The translations under genes were made by a program, and so were the position numbers. From the NCBI GenBank assembly GCA_002269645.1, contig NIVC01000085.1, positions 62,001 through 126,000 of the forward strand: DNA of 64,000 bases, in the 5' to 3' direction. The first letter of the stretch is position 1. Every line of letters starts with the position of its first letter. The notes below the pieces were generated by a model. It was not told the DNA's origin, ran no database searches, and was given only the letters and a program-made list of their open reading frames with translations. Of the stretch, positions 10,256 through 26,390 are shown piece by piece. Source of the stretch: Macrostomum lignano (lineage: Eukaryota).

Positions 10256-13200
10256 CTGCGGGCCCAGCAGCAGCGGCTTCAAGGCCGGCGCTCACAGTCG
10301 GCGGGATCTTCGACGGATGCAGCGTCGCGCCCGACCGACTATCGCAGTGTGAGTGCAAGCTTGATGGCAGAAGTGTGAAGGCGCTGTTAGACACCGGAAG
10401 CCAGTGCTCACTAGTTGAGTCCAGCATCCTGACAAAATCCCAGCTCAGACAGGCAACTGCAGCCAGAGTGCAACTTCATTCAGTGAACAAGCAGCCAATT
10501 AGCATAGAACGGCAAATCGAATTGCCACTTACAGTCGGTGGAGTGACAGCCCGGCAATTGTTTTTCGTTGTGTCAGGTTTGGTCTGCCCTGTCATTGTTG
10601 GAGTCGACTTCATCGGCAAGCATAATTTGCAACTGGACTTCACAGGATCTTCACCAGAAGCCGGCCAAGTCTGCAGCACCAGATTCCAGGCTGACACCGA
10701 CGATCCAGTTGACATCGAAGACGCACTCGTCCCGAGTTCAGCTGTGAAGAGTTCGAGTTGCCGACTACCGACGACCCTGATGTACAACGGCTGCTGGTGG
10801 AGTTCAAAGACTTGTTCAAGAAAAAGCCGGGACTAACTCATCTGCAACAGCACCGAATTGTTCTCTCGGATGAAGTACCTGTCCGAGTGCCACCGCGCCG
10901 AATGCCTGTGCATTACCGGGAGAAGGTAGAGCAGCTGATTCAGGAACTGCTGGAGAACGACGTGATAGAGCTGAGCGAAAGTCCGTACGTGGCCCCACCG
11001 GTGTACGTGACAAAGAAGGATGGCAGTCTCCGCCTGACCATAGACTATCGAGAGATCAACAAGAAGACTATTCGCTCTGCACAGGGAATTCCGTTGATGG
11101 AGGAGGCAAGAGATCGAATCGCAGGCAGTTCAGTGTTCTCTGTGTTGGATCTCAATGGAGGCTATTTTCAAATTCCGATGGCAGAAGAAGACAAGCTAAA
11201 AACTGCTTTCTGTCCGGGACCAGGGATGCCGCTGTACCAATTTAAGAGAATGCCCCAAGGTCTGTCGGGGGCCCAAGCACATTCTGCATGCTAATGTCAA
11301 AAGTTTTCAACGGCTGCGATTTCGTCTTCACGTTCTTCGATGACAGCCTCTGCTTCTCAAAGACCAAGTCGGATCATCTGCGGCAACTTCGAGAGACCTT
11401 CGAGCGACTTCGAGCAGCCGGACTGACATTAAGAGGCTCCAAGTGCAAGATCGCGGTACCCGAAGTGACCTTTCTCGGCACACGGTATTCAAAGGATGGT
11501 GCCCAGCCCAGCCAGGAGAAGCTGGAGGCAATTCAGCAGTGGAGAGAGCCGAGGTCAGCCAAGGAGGTGCGTCAGTTCATCGGCCTGTGCAACCAATACC
11601 GACGCCATGTAGCCAACTTCGCTGCCATCGCCGCACCGCTGCACAATCTGACTGGCAAGGGCGTCCCATTTGACTGGACTTCGGAATGCCAGACGGCCTT
11701 CGACGAGCTCAAAAGGTGCCTAATTAGTCCTCCGATCCTGGTGAACCCGGATTTCACTAAGGAGTTCTCAGACTTCACGGATGCCAGTGGCAGCGGAGTC
11801 GGTGCAATTCTGAAGCAAGGCGAGGCGGTGATCGAGTTCTCAAGCCGCGCATTCAATTCAGTTGAGAAGAAATACTCTGCAACAGAAAAGGAGTGCCTGG
11901 CCATCTTGCACGCATTCAAAGTTTTTCGCCACTATCTTCTCGGCAAGCATTTCACGGTGCACACGGATCACTGCCCGCTCACCTACATCGATTCACAGAG
12001 AGTTGACAGCTACGGCAGGCTAGGACGATGGCGTCTGCTGCTTCAAGAGTTCGACTTCACCGTCAAGTACCGAAGAGGCGTTGAGAACACAGATGCTGAC
12101 GCGCTGTCCAGACTGCACGGCCAAGAAGTCGCAGCTACGCAGCTGACTCCGGAAATCGACACTGAAGAGCTCAAAACTGCGCAGCGACATGACCCGGAGC
12201 TCAGCCAGGTGATTCAGGCGATGGACAAGGACGCAGAAATTGCACCCAGATGGCGAGCAGGACCACTGCAGCAACTCGGCAGAATCTGGAAGAAGCTGAA
12301 GCTGGATGATGACGGTGTTCTACTGCGCAAGTTCAATGACCCGGACGGCCTGCGGGAGGTTCCAGTGGTGCCAGCGCGGCTTCGACAACAGTTTTTGACC
12401 AACGCTCACGAAGGTCTGGGAGGTCATTTCGGAGCCGAGAAATGCTACCGCACACTGAAACTGACCGCCTACTGGCCCGGCATGGCTGAAGACATCGTGC
12501 AACACTGCCAGAGTTGTTCTGTCTGTCAGGAGAAGAAAGCGGGCTCGCGGACCAGCGCGCCACTCGGAGAACTGCCAATCGGCTCGCCGTGGGATTCTGT
12601 GGCTATCGACATCGTCAAGGTGGCGCCATCATCGCGCGGCAACAAATACCTGCTGGTGGCTCAGGATCAGTTTTCCAAGTACCTGACGGCCGTGGCGATT
12701 CCTGACCAGACTGCTGAGACTACTGCTCGCGCCTTCCTCTCCATCTGCTCCCAGACTGGACTTCCCCGAGTCATCCACTCCGATCAAGGACCGAATTTCG
12801 AGTCTCAGCTTTTTCAAGACACTCTGCGAGGCCTGGGAGTCACGAAGACAAGAACAACGGCTTACAATCCCAAAGGCAACGGATTAGCAGAGTCAGGCAA
12901 CAAGTCAGTGCTGCAGTTACTCAGGTGTTTCACCGAGCGAGAGAGCGAGTGGGAGGACAAGCTGCCACTGATCCTGCTGTCCTACAATTCCCGGGTGCAC
13001 TGCTCAACACAGCTGCCGCCACTGAAGGTGTTCACCGGGCGCGATCCGAGCCTGCCGGTCATCAGCCAGCAGTCCAGGCGATTCTATGACGTGCGCACCT
13101 ACGCCGACAAGCTCGAGGGCGACCTGCTGCGAATTCGAGAGTTTGTCGAGGAGCATCTGGTGCAGGCGGCTGGCGAGCAAAAGAGCGGCTACGACAGGTC

Positions 13201-13537
13201 GACCGGGCAGCTGCGCACGTTCAGTCCTGGAGACGAGGTTCTGCTGCGCATCGAGCTGAGGGGCTCCAAGCTGGCGCCGTACTGGGAGCCGGGCTGGCAG
13301 GTGCTGTCGCAGCGGGATCTGGTAGTCAAAATTCGAAAGATCGAGAACGGCCGGACCCGCAGGGTGAATGTGAATCGTCTGCGGCCGCGGATCCTGCCAG
13401 TCCCTGACGGAGAGCGCTTCCTGCAGCCGCCCTTTGCGCACGCGGCGCACGGCGGCGATGAGGCGGACGAGGAGCTGCCCCCGAGACGCTACCCGATGCG
13501 TAGGCGGATGCCGGTGGATCGCTATGTGGCCGGTTGA
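10204..13537 (+). CDS. pol: Gypsy Pol (protease-RT-RNase H-integrase), broken here by two 1-bp deletions
   Basis: PR LLDTGS; RT VLDLNGGYFQI and FFDD; RNase H FTDAS, TEKECLAI, HTDH, ADALSR; IN H-x6-H…CQSCSVC, IDIV, SDQGPNF, AESGN. Frame breaks at about 10731 and 11272. Confidence 0.92.
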
Positions 13538-13684
13538 ATTTTTGATTGACTCAGTGGCTGTTCTACTGACTGTTGCGAATTATTTGAAAGCGAGAAATTC
13601 TTTATACCAATATTGTTTCGAATGTTTTACTGTTCTTATGTTTCCTTCGAATTATTCGTTCGAATGTTATTGATCTTTTTCGCC

Positions 13685-13693
13685 GGGGAGGAT
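13685..13693 (+). promoter_or_regulatory. Polypurine tract
   Basis: GGGGAGGAT immediately upstream of the 3' LTR. Confidence 0.75.
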
Positions 13694-13909
13694 TGTAGTG
13701 AGTTGCAAGTGTACTTGTATGCGCCAGTCGCTAGAGCGGGGTGGGGGTTGCTATTGTACAGCATGTACGTGCTTTTCACCCACCCCTGTCTCTATCTTTT
13801 ATACCCAGTTATGTAACAATCGTTGTATCGTATTTAACCTGCGTATCGATCTAATAAACGCCAAGAGGCTTCGTCAACTCTCAGTCGTATCTCTCTGCCT
13901 TAGTCTACA
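13694..13909 (+). repeat. 3' LTR (216 bp)
   Basis: Direct repeat of 9203-9418. Confidence 0.95.
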
Positions 13910-14384
13910 AGTCTACCTGTCTCTCATTAGTCTAACTGTCTCTCATTAGTCTACCTGTCTCTCATTAGTCTACTTGTCTCTCATTAGTCTACCTGTCTCT
14001 CATTAGTCTACCCGTCTCTCATTAGTCTACCTGTCTCTCATTAGTCTACCCGTCTCTCATTAGTCTACCTGTCTCTCATTAGTCTACCCGTCTCTCATTA
14101 GTCTACCCGTCTCTCATTAGTCTACTTGTCTCTCTTAGTCTACCTGTCTCTATTAGTCTACCTGTCTCTCATTAGTCTACTTGTCTCTCATTAGTCTACC
14201 TGTCTCTCATTAGTCTACCTGTCTCTCATTAGTCTACCTGTCTCATTAGTCTACCTGTCTCTCATTAGTCTACCCGTCTCTCATTAGTCTACCTGTCTCT
14301 CATTAGTCTACCCGTCTCTCATTAGTCTACCTGTCTCTCATTAGTCTACCTCTTCCTCATTTATCTTCCTCTCCCTTCCTAGCC

Positions 14385-14561
14385 TAGTCAGTCAGTCAGT
14401 CAGTCAGTCAGTCAGTCAGTCAGTCAGTCAGTCAGTCAGTCAGTCAGTCAGTCAGTCAGTCAGTCAGTCAGTCAGTCAGTCAGTCAGTCAGTTAGTCAGT
14501 CAGTCAGTCAGTCAGTCAGTCAGTCGTCAGTCAGTCAGTCAGTCAGTCAGTCAGTCAGTCA
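14385..14561. repeat. (GTCA)n microsatellite
   Basis: About 44 nearly perfect tetramers. Confidence 0.97.
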
Positions 14562-15546
14562 GTTTTTCAGCTGAGCAGGTCGAAAATGCAAAATCTCAGT
14601 CTCGGACATGTTGACGCTGGCGAGGGCCAGAGCTTGCAGGGTCCCGTTGAACATGCGGTGGCTGGCAGTACTGACTCGCTTGCCGAACAGCATGCACCAT
14701 TTGCTGATGTGGACACTTGCCTCATTTATCTTTTCAAGTCTTGCCCTTGGTAGAAAAGAATTTCCTACAAAGATGTCCGTTGAGTCACTCGTTGGTAAAG
14801 TGGTTTTTCTGATGTTCACCAGTCGTGCTTACGTGTTTTACGGCTAAGTCTCTACGGGCGTATGCTGGGTTTGCAGCAGCGTTCCAGTGACGTCACCCAA
14901 TCGAGCGTACGGATTTACTCCCAAAAATGAGTGCTGTACATCACGAACTGTCCTAATGTGCTGCAGTCGTTGAAATCAAAGTATGGTTGCTGTCTGGGCC
15001 GCCGTTCGATCTTCAGCAGCCAGGTGAGGCCAGTGGTGAAGCTGATGCCGGTCTTGTTCAGCTAGGCGAAGGCGCTCACTCCGTCGAACACGGCACTTTC
15101 GCTGCTCCACACAACGCCTACAGTATGCAGCTGGTTGGTGTCCCAGTCAGCCTGGCACACCAGGTTCTCCAGTCTGCTCACGCCGTCCGCCAGCCACACG
15201 TTTTTGAGCTTGGCGTTCATCGATCGGTGATTGATTGGAAATCGGTAAAACACGGCGCAGCTGGCCGACTGTCCGAAGATCAGAGCTCGGCACACGGATT
15301 GGAAATCGAACACGGATCAGGTTCGGGAGAGCTAGTCGAACTGGGCCACCAGAGCTCCTGTGGGCGCTTTCTCGGAGCCCGTCATGTGACGCAGTGAGTC
15401 TCCCTGTTTTCCAAGAACAGGAAGAAGGTGGCTGCGGCGCTGAAGCTGTCAGGAGCGCATTGCACGTCCGCAAGCCTTCAGACGGATCCGGAGGTCGCTG
15501 CTACAGTTGTGATGAGAACGATAATGGCTTTAGCAATCAGATGTGA
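14559..15546 (-). pseudogene. Decayed coding remnant of unknown family
   Basis: GC-rich codon-like segments (…MNAKLKNVWLADGVSRLENLVCQADWDTNQ…, LNKTGISFTTGLTWLLKIE) interrupted by several stops; no family recognised. Confidence 0.35.
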
Positions 15547-16362
15547 GCCTGTAGGAGGGAATGATCAAGGCGAAATATCAAAATTTTAATTCAGCAATCC
15601 AATGCTTGAGAAGACTGTATGCACTTATCTGATAGTAAATGTAGCTTGCTGCCTGACATGGTCCATTACATCTCTTGTAGAAGATGGCTCAGTAGTTTTG
15701 TTGTAATTTTATTCAACGAAATATTTCGTGGCCAGCATCGCAGCCGAGTGCGCGCCTGTCCCCGCCGGTAGGGTGCCTGTAAGTTAGGTTGAAATCCGAC
15801 AGGCCGTCCGGTGTTGCACAGCAGCCAAACAAGCTAAGTGTATACAAGCTAAATGGGAAAATACTGAGACATCCATAATGGTATTTGCTTAGTCTCGCCA
15901 ATATATATACTTAACTCAAAAGCCAAACTCTGTTTAACGGAGTTTGACCATGACAGCGTGCACTTGACAAGCTGCATTGGAATTAATTCGCTTACTTTCG
16001 GATCTCCCAATGAACTGGGAAATATATAAGCCAGAATTATCGTTCAGCAGTTCTTTTATTTGCTCAAAACTTGGCTCGCTTGAGATTCCGGTTTAAATTT
16101 GCGTGTCTTCATTCGCAAATTAAAAATGAAACATCTCAAACTGGAGAAAAGCGATACAAAACTGTCAGAAGTAAACTTTATTATATTTTCACATTCAAAT
16201 AAATTGCTGTTAAACTAGATGCTAGATTGATGAACTGCATAATTTGTGTAGCTTTTGTTTTCGAACTTTTATACATGCGAACAACCGTCAAAAACTTGGA
16301 CTAAAAAACCGCTAAACTGCGAACATTTCAGTATCAAATTTTTCACTCACTGACTTAATGTT

Positions 16363-16688
16363 GGCTGGCAAACGTCGGCTAGCAAACGTCCCGCAGGCAA
16401 ACGTCGGCTGGCAAACGTCCCGCAGGCAAACGTCGGCTGGCAAACATCCCGCAGGCAAACGTCGGCTAGCAAACGTCCCGCAGGCAAACGTCGGCTAGCA
16501 AACGTCCCGCAGGCAAACGTCGGCTGGCAAACGTCCCACAGGCAAACGTCCCGCAGGCAAACGTCCTGCAGGCAAACGTCCCGCAGGCAAACGTCGGCTG
16601 GCAAACGTCGGCTGGCAAACGTCGGCTGGCAAACGTCGGCTGGCAAACGTCGGCTGGCAAACGTCCCGCAGGCAAACGTCGCTGTCCC
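16363..16688. mobile_element. Solo Foldback-like TIR arm made of 14-15-bp subrepeats
   Basis: GGCAAACGTCGGCT / GGCAAACGTCCCGCA tandem array ending in …GCTGTCCCC. Shares GTCGGCTGGCA with the 5048-6260 arms. No partner arm found. Confidence 0.55.
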
Positions 16689-16900
16689 CGAAGCACCATG
16701 GGAGCACGGCCTTCACGACCGAGTCAAAAGCCTTCCTCAAGTCAATAAAGAGAGCAATCAGGCTCGAGTGGGGGGTCCACACTTCCTCTTCCTCGATGAC
16801 TCGGCGAAGAGCCAGGACTACGCCATTGTGCCGCGATGGGGCCGGAAACCGTTTAGCTCAGGCCGCAAATACCGATCTAGCACGGGCTGCAGTAGCAGCA
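16689..16900 (-). mobile_element. Non-LTR (RTE-like) reverse transcriptase fragment
   Basis: LQPVLDRYLRPELNGFRPHRGT, then (frameshift) VLALRRVIEE…ALFIDLRKAFDSV. Confidence 0.8.
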
Positions 16901-17584
16901 GCATCCAGGCCCAGACAGCAGGCCCCCTTGTCCCCAGAAACCATGAAGATCTCTAGTCCAACCGAGAGAAAGTAGTGATGAATCATAGTTTTCGTTCAGT
17001 AAGGCAGCTCTTAATAAGACATTTTGTATATCCATGTGCTGTCGTCCTGCGGTAGGAAATTAGGGAATTTCTGCCAGAAAATTTCGTGATAGGAGACTCA
17101 TTAAAACAGGTCTGGAAGCGATATCTCTTGAAACTAGCAATAGTCAAGTATTTTATTGTATTTTCCCTCTCACTTTACTGCCAGTAGTACATCTATTGAT
17201 ACCTGCTGTGTCCGCTCACAGATCGTAGCTGATCTAAAATTAGACCTTTCATAGCAGACTGGGCTAGCTACAGCACATCTGTATCCCAGCCAGGGGCCTA
17301 GCCAGAGGGGTCAAGGGGGGCCGTGCCCCCCCCCCCAATCGGCTGACAAAACTATGCGGCGCCCCTTCCTTATCAGCGGGTCTTGGCCGTTACTAAGTTG
17401 ACGGGGAGCTCAGCGCTTTGCACAAGGGTCGGGGTAGAGGGGAGGCGCCCCAAGACCATGGGTGAGGCTCTAGCCCCCAAACCCTGCCCCAGGGACCACA
17501 CAGAGAGGGGGGGGGGGCTCGAGCTAGCCCTGGCAGGGATAGAACTATAAGGGGGGATGAGAAACGCAAATAGACAAAGATCGT

Positions 17585-17680
17585 GCCAGTGATGGCGCCC
17601 ATTCTGCCAGTGATGGCGCCCATTCTGCCAGTGACGGCGCCCATTCTGCTGGTGACGGCGCCCATTCTGCTGGTGACCAA
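17585..17680. repeat. 21-bp minisatellite (GTGAYGGCGCCCATTCTGCYR), about 4 copies
   Basis: Tandem copies visible directly. Confidence 0.85.
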
Positions 17681-17939
17681 GCCGCGGGTTCTTCTTCTAC
17701 ATGCTTACTTTTGTCATCAAGCTGTCATTCAGCATCTGCTGTGAGAGATATCGGCCTTGCGGTGCAGAAGTCGCGTATCCATTTAGGTGCGGAACAAAGT
17801 TATTTTGCAGCCCTGGAGACCCATTCATGAAAAGGATTACTTATTTTCTCTTCTAAACACCACACCCCAAGGGAAGTTGAAGGCGGATGCGATGCGAGGG
17901 TTTGCGAGTATCGAGTACCGTGCGAGTGGATACGTCCAT

Positions 17940-18150
17940 ACCCTCCATACCAACTCCATACCAACTCCATACCAACTGTATACCAACTGTATACCAACTC
18001 CATACCAACTCCATACCAACTGTATACCAACTGTATACCAACTCCATACCAACTGTATACCAACTGTATACCAACTCCATACCAACTGTATACCAACTGT
18101 ATACCAACTCCATACCAACTCCATACCAACTCTATGCCAACTCTACCAGC
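17940..18150. repeat. 11-bp minisatellite ATACCAACTCC/ATACCAACTGT
   Basis: About 18 tandem copies. Confidence 0.95.
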
Positions 18151-18200
18151 TGTAGAGTATTTTTGTGATGCACTGTTTAATCACTGTCCTTAAGGCTTTA

Positions 18201-22106
<3,906 letters not shown>

Positions 22107-22836
22107 TATCTTATTAATGTGCTATGTCTTTTTTAAGTCTTGAATTTAATTTTCTTCTTTCTTCATTGCAATTACTTCAATGTTTTTTACAGCTAAAGTG
22201 GCATGTCAACAGGCTACTGCAAGCTTCGTTGAGGCAAGTTTTTTTATTTTGGTGTCTTTAAACATGTGTTGGGACACTATGTTAATTACGTATTAAAGTC
22301 ACCTTTTAATTTTGTAAATCCTTTAGAGTAATTTTACCTGGCAGTCTATATGGCTATTTCCTTGTAGTGTTTTCTCTTGTTTATTGTGTCTTCTTTATCC
22401 AGCTTGATTTCTCATATTTTAACAACTCCTGCTGTCACAAAGTTATAATCCAAAACCTTTCTTATCGTCATCGAATATTACGAGTACTATTTTAATTACA
22501 GCTGAACTGAAAAGTCCGCCAATCTATCACTTATTGGTAAGAATTTCTTAACTGTATGTCAGCAATGATGCCATGACTTTTAGTTTAGTAATAGTAACTA
22601 TTATTAATTGGCCGTATATTTGTTAATAAATATATTTATCTGTTTTTCTACGTTTAGGTTTTATGATTTCGTTCGAATTTTGGCTTACGTGCTGCATAAA
22701 TGTGCTTAATGCTGTTGTTGTTCCCTTTCTTTTCTGTTTTGCGGAAAAAAATTATTTTTTGTCACTATTAAACTCAAATGGTACTGATTGAATAATCAAA
22801 ATATTGAATTATTTCATTCTTTTCATTTTTTTCCAG

Positions 22837-25072
22837 GCGAGAGAGCTTCTTCTTCTGACATCGCGCACGTCTTCCTAAATGACCAAGTCGATCCCAATCT
22901 ATTTTCTAGCAGCATTCCCAGTTGGAGGCAGCCCAACGGTGCTGTATCTGATCTTGCAAATCAGTTGGGTTTAGATGGTACATCCGAGCAAGTTCGTCGA
23001 GCTTTGTATGACCAATTACGTCGGGGAAATGTACGGGGGGCAGATGCTCTTTCAGAAGTCGAAATGGCTTCCGGTCAGTGTAAGTGTTTTATAATCTTTG
23101 GTCGTCCTAGATGAAATTTCTACACATATACTCTATAGATAGATAGATAAGTAGGCTGGAATAATATTGTGCTTAATTTAAAGCTGATGGAAATATGGGA
23201 AAGGAGAAATGCAAATATGAAAACTAAAAGCCTATTTGTTCAGTTACAGAAAGAATTTCTTGATATTTTTAGATCCGCTTTGGATTCTGGTACGATCGGC
23301 ACGACTTCAAGTCCTACTGAGTTTCGTCACTCGCTTGTGTAGCAATCTTTCGATAATGAGCAAGGACGGCTAAAACAGCGGTGGCAAGACGACATTGTTC
23401 CTGCATTTTCCTGCCAAGTCAATTGCACTTTGTGCACTCGCAGGTTTCGAGTTAACATGGGCGATAGAGTTATTAATGCTGACCTGTATTGCGACAGCAA
23501 GGAGTGCAGCGCAGAGTTCAAATTAGTCTCAGACGAGACCAGGCTGCATTGGGTGCTTCGCGTGCTAAAGCCTCCCAGTAATCATATCTCTGCACCCCGG
23601 CTCTTGCGTGGAAGCCGCCGTGTAGATCTTGCACAGCGCGTTGAAGCAACAAATGCTTTTAAAGTCCGCGCCGAAATTGCCGCTAGCAACGTTCCAATGT
23701 CCGAAATACCGACAGCTAACACACTCTGACTTGCAGCTAGCAGACAGCGTCTACAAGACAGAGCATCTAATGATCCGTTGTTTGACCTTCTGGCGACGGG
23801 GTTGTCAATGCAACCAGCGTACATGCGTACTGCCTTCACACAGATTGGTGCTTGTGAACCTATTATGTACTGCTCTGGCATGATCGTAGTTTTGACCTCC
23901 TACGTGCCCTACGGTCACAGGGCATGCCAATCATGCTAGGAATGGATTCTACTGGTGCGCCTATTCCACGTTTGCCGGGAAGCCTTCAGAATGATTTGTA
24001 TTATCACGCGTTAGTCTTACGCCATCCTCGTGGACAAGAAGCTTCCGTTGCCGTTTTAGAATTGTTGTCTTCATCGCAGACTGCTGCAACACTAAAGTAT
24101 ATTGTTGACCTTTGGACTACATCAGCCAAAACATTAGTCTCAGGTTTGCGCTTCGATCAGGTTGTAATTGACTACAATATACCGGCTCTGCGCGCCGTCC
24201 TTTCTGGCTTCCATGGCATGGATATTGTGACCTACTTGCGTGATTGCATTGCGTCTTGAGTCGCAGCTATCCCGCTATTGAACTGCGAAATTTCACCCTG
24301 ATTGGGTTTGGAAGAAGTCACATCGTCTACGAGTTTTGTTGCTGGCCGGAGGTATCCAACTGTCGCAATAAGCACGTTCAGAGTACTTGGAAGAAAGCAT
24401 TCCACAAGCCTCTATCAAGTTGAACAAGTGTTGAAAAGATTTCTCTGTCTTCTTCTAGAACCGATGTCAAGTTCAGTTTTAGAGGCTCTTGATCTACTTC
24501 GGCAGGCAAATGACGACGTGATCGATGATGCTAATCTTTGTCCATCAAGAGACCTGCTGGTACAAACGTGTCGATGACACAATCATGCACACACAACTTC
24601 ATTCTGGCACTGGGCTAAAGGAATCGAAGAACAAGTTGTGCTCGACACTGAGTCTGACGCAGAAGCAGCCAACGCAGAATTTTCTAATCCGTTCTACAGC
24701 CTTGAGCTGGCCAAGAAGCTAATTGATGTGGCGTTTCCGTTCCTTCCTATCTGGAGTGGCATTTTGCTTGTGCCGGGACGGTACTCCTCGGAGGAAAAAA
24801 ATTTTTCGTCGATTCCACGATCGACGGCTGGCTTCACGGAAGGTCATACGGAAAGATGGATGGGGTTAGTTAGGAACTCCCTATTCTGTGGAAAGCTAGT
24901 ATCCCTTGTTGAGTTTATCAAACAACAAAGTAAGAATCTGCAAGCCTTGCAAACGATTTTTTGCGAACAGCTTCCGACAACTCTACAGTCGTTACTGAAG
25001 AGGCACAACAACAGCACGACGAAGAGCCAGAAGAAGCTTCTACTCCCGGCGAACACGCTTTGGTACCTGTAG
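22837..25072 (+). pseudogene. Pseudogenised Mutator (NOF-like) transposase
   Basis: Upstream exon 22837-23079. Then RLKQRWQDDI…NCTL, C-x4-C…H, LGMDSTG (D1), VIDYN (D2), FGRSHIV (CxxH-like), NPFY…FLPIWS, TEGHTERWM (E). Colinear with the 52217-54820 protein, but with stops and frameshifts. Confidence 0.75.
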
Positions 25073-26390
25073 AAGCCACCCAGTCAGTACCTGGCGTAGA
25101 CATGCAGCAACAATTAAAGCTGGTGGATAACCTATTTCCACCAGTCGGTATTCCGGCCGCGTTAGTGTCGGAGGTGCTCCAGTATCAATAAGACGCTGTG
25201 GAGAGGCTATCATTATCACAGTTTCGAAGTCGCATCCGGCAGGTAGGGAAAAAACTTGCTTATCAGCCGAAAGTACTTACTCTTTGCATTCCGTTTCGGA
25301 GGAACTCTTCCAGACTACAAAAGTTTCTGCTTTTACCCAGCGCCTAGGGGCATGTAGACAAGTAGCTGCTGCAAAAGCCGTCTGTCTGTCTGTTGATCTG
25401 TCTGTGATGACAAAGCTGTTAAAAGTCCTTTTGCAGTTTTTTACATGCAGTGTCTGGGTGTCTTGCGCAAAATGAGTGACAGACAGACAGACACTATACT
25501 ACTAAGGCAGACAGACTATCAACAAGAACATAAATGCTTATACATTTACATGTATTCGTGAAATGTCAACAGTCTATTATATCACTACTGCTGTTTGTTA
25601 TTAGTCTTGTGTGCTAGCTGTAAACAGTATTCCAGCGCAGTGTGTCTGTCGCATTGATTAATTTGCTACCACATTTCCTCTGCTGACCAGTCTAGTAAGG
25701 TGTAATGACAGTCGCAAAATCATTCGCAATGCGCATAAAACACGATTCTGCCTGTCATATCCTTGTTGCACTACTAGTAGTGCGGTTCAAGGACGCGAAG
25801 CAAATTAATTACAGTTTGAAGAGAAAAAAGAATAATTTTACGCCACGTTACAACATGTGATATTTTATTTAAAAGGAATGGGAAAATACAAAAATAAAAG
25901 CAATAAAAATGTTTTATTTTGTTAAACTAAACGGGACGATCTCTTTTTCATTGGCCTTGTCGTCGAAGCATTGGTCATCTGCCATTGGATGAGGAGATGC
26001 GAACTCAGATGTCCTCTAAGGTGCAGGGAGTCTCTTTCCTCACTTCCCGTAAACAGTAACCACCTTAATGGAAAATAGGACGTGGAAAATTCCCAGAAAG
26101 CAGACAAAGCAATCTGTCTAGTATAAACCGGTTTGAACCGGTTTGAAAACTCGATCTCTAACTCTGCAGTCTGCAGTCTCTTCAGTCTAAAACACGTCTG
26201 TCTTCAGTTCCAACTCAAGCTCAATTTCCTTCCTACTCTCTTACTCAATAATTTTCTTACTAACTTTCTACTTCAACTCTTTCACTATTTTTATACACTT
26301 TCTACTTCCATTACAAATTTTCGAGTCAACGCAGAAGATAAGTGTCATTATAGTTCCTTGCTTGTTTCAGTTTGCTTGTACCACTAACTT

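Larger units (their letters stand above)
9203..13909 (+). mobile_element. Full-length Ty3/Gypsy LTR retrotransposon (4707 bp, no env)
   Basis: Two 216-bp TG…CA LTRs, PBS, PPT, gag with CCHC knuckle, and pol in PR-RT-RNaseH-IN order. Confidence 0.97.
7140..14350. repeat. 19-bp satellite AGTCTACCTGTCTCTCATT, interrupted by a Gypsy element
   Basis: Over 100 tandem copies at 7140-9202, resuming at 13910-14350. Confidence 0.97.

Noticed and set aside
10710-11294. Additional programmed frameshifts inside pol
   Set aside because: There is no X XXY YYZ heptamer with A/U at YYY at either break, and one break lies inside a conserved RT motif. A single missing C explains both.
13538-13693. env-like ORF in the Gypsy element
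   Set aside because: Only ~155 bp of AT-rich sequence lies between the pol stop and the PPT.
25922-26107. Possible hAT dimerisation-domain remnant (FWEF…FP…SEER)
   Set aside because: The resemblance is too short and degenerate to support a call.
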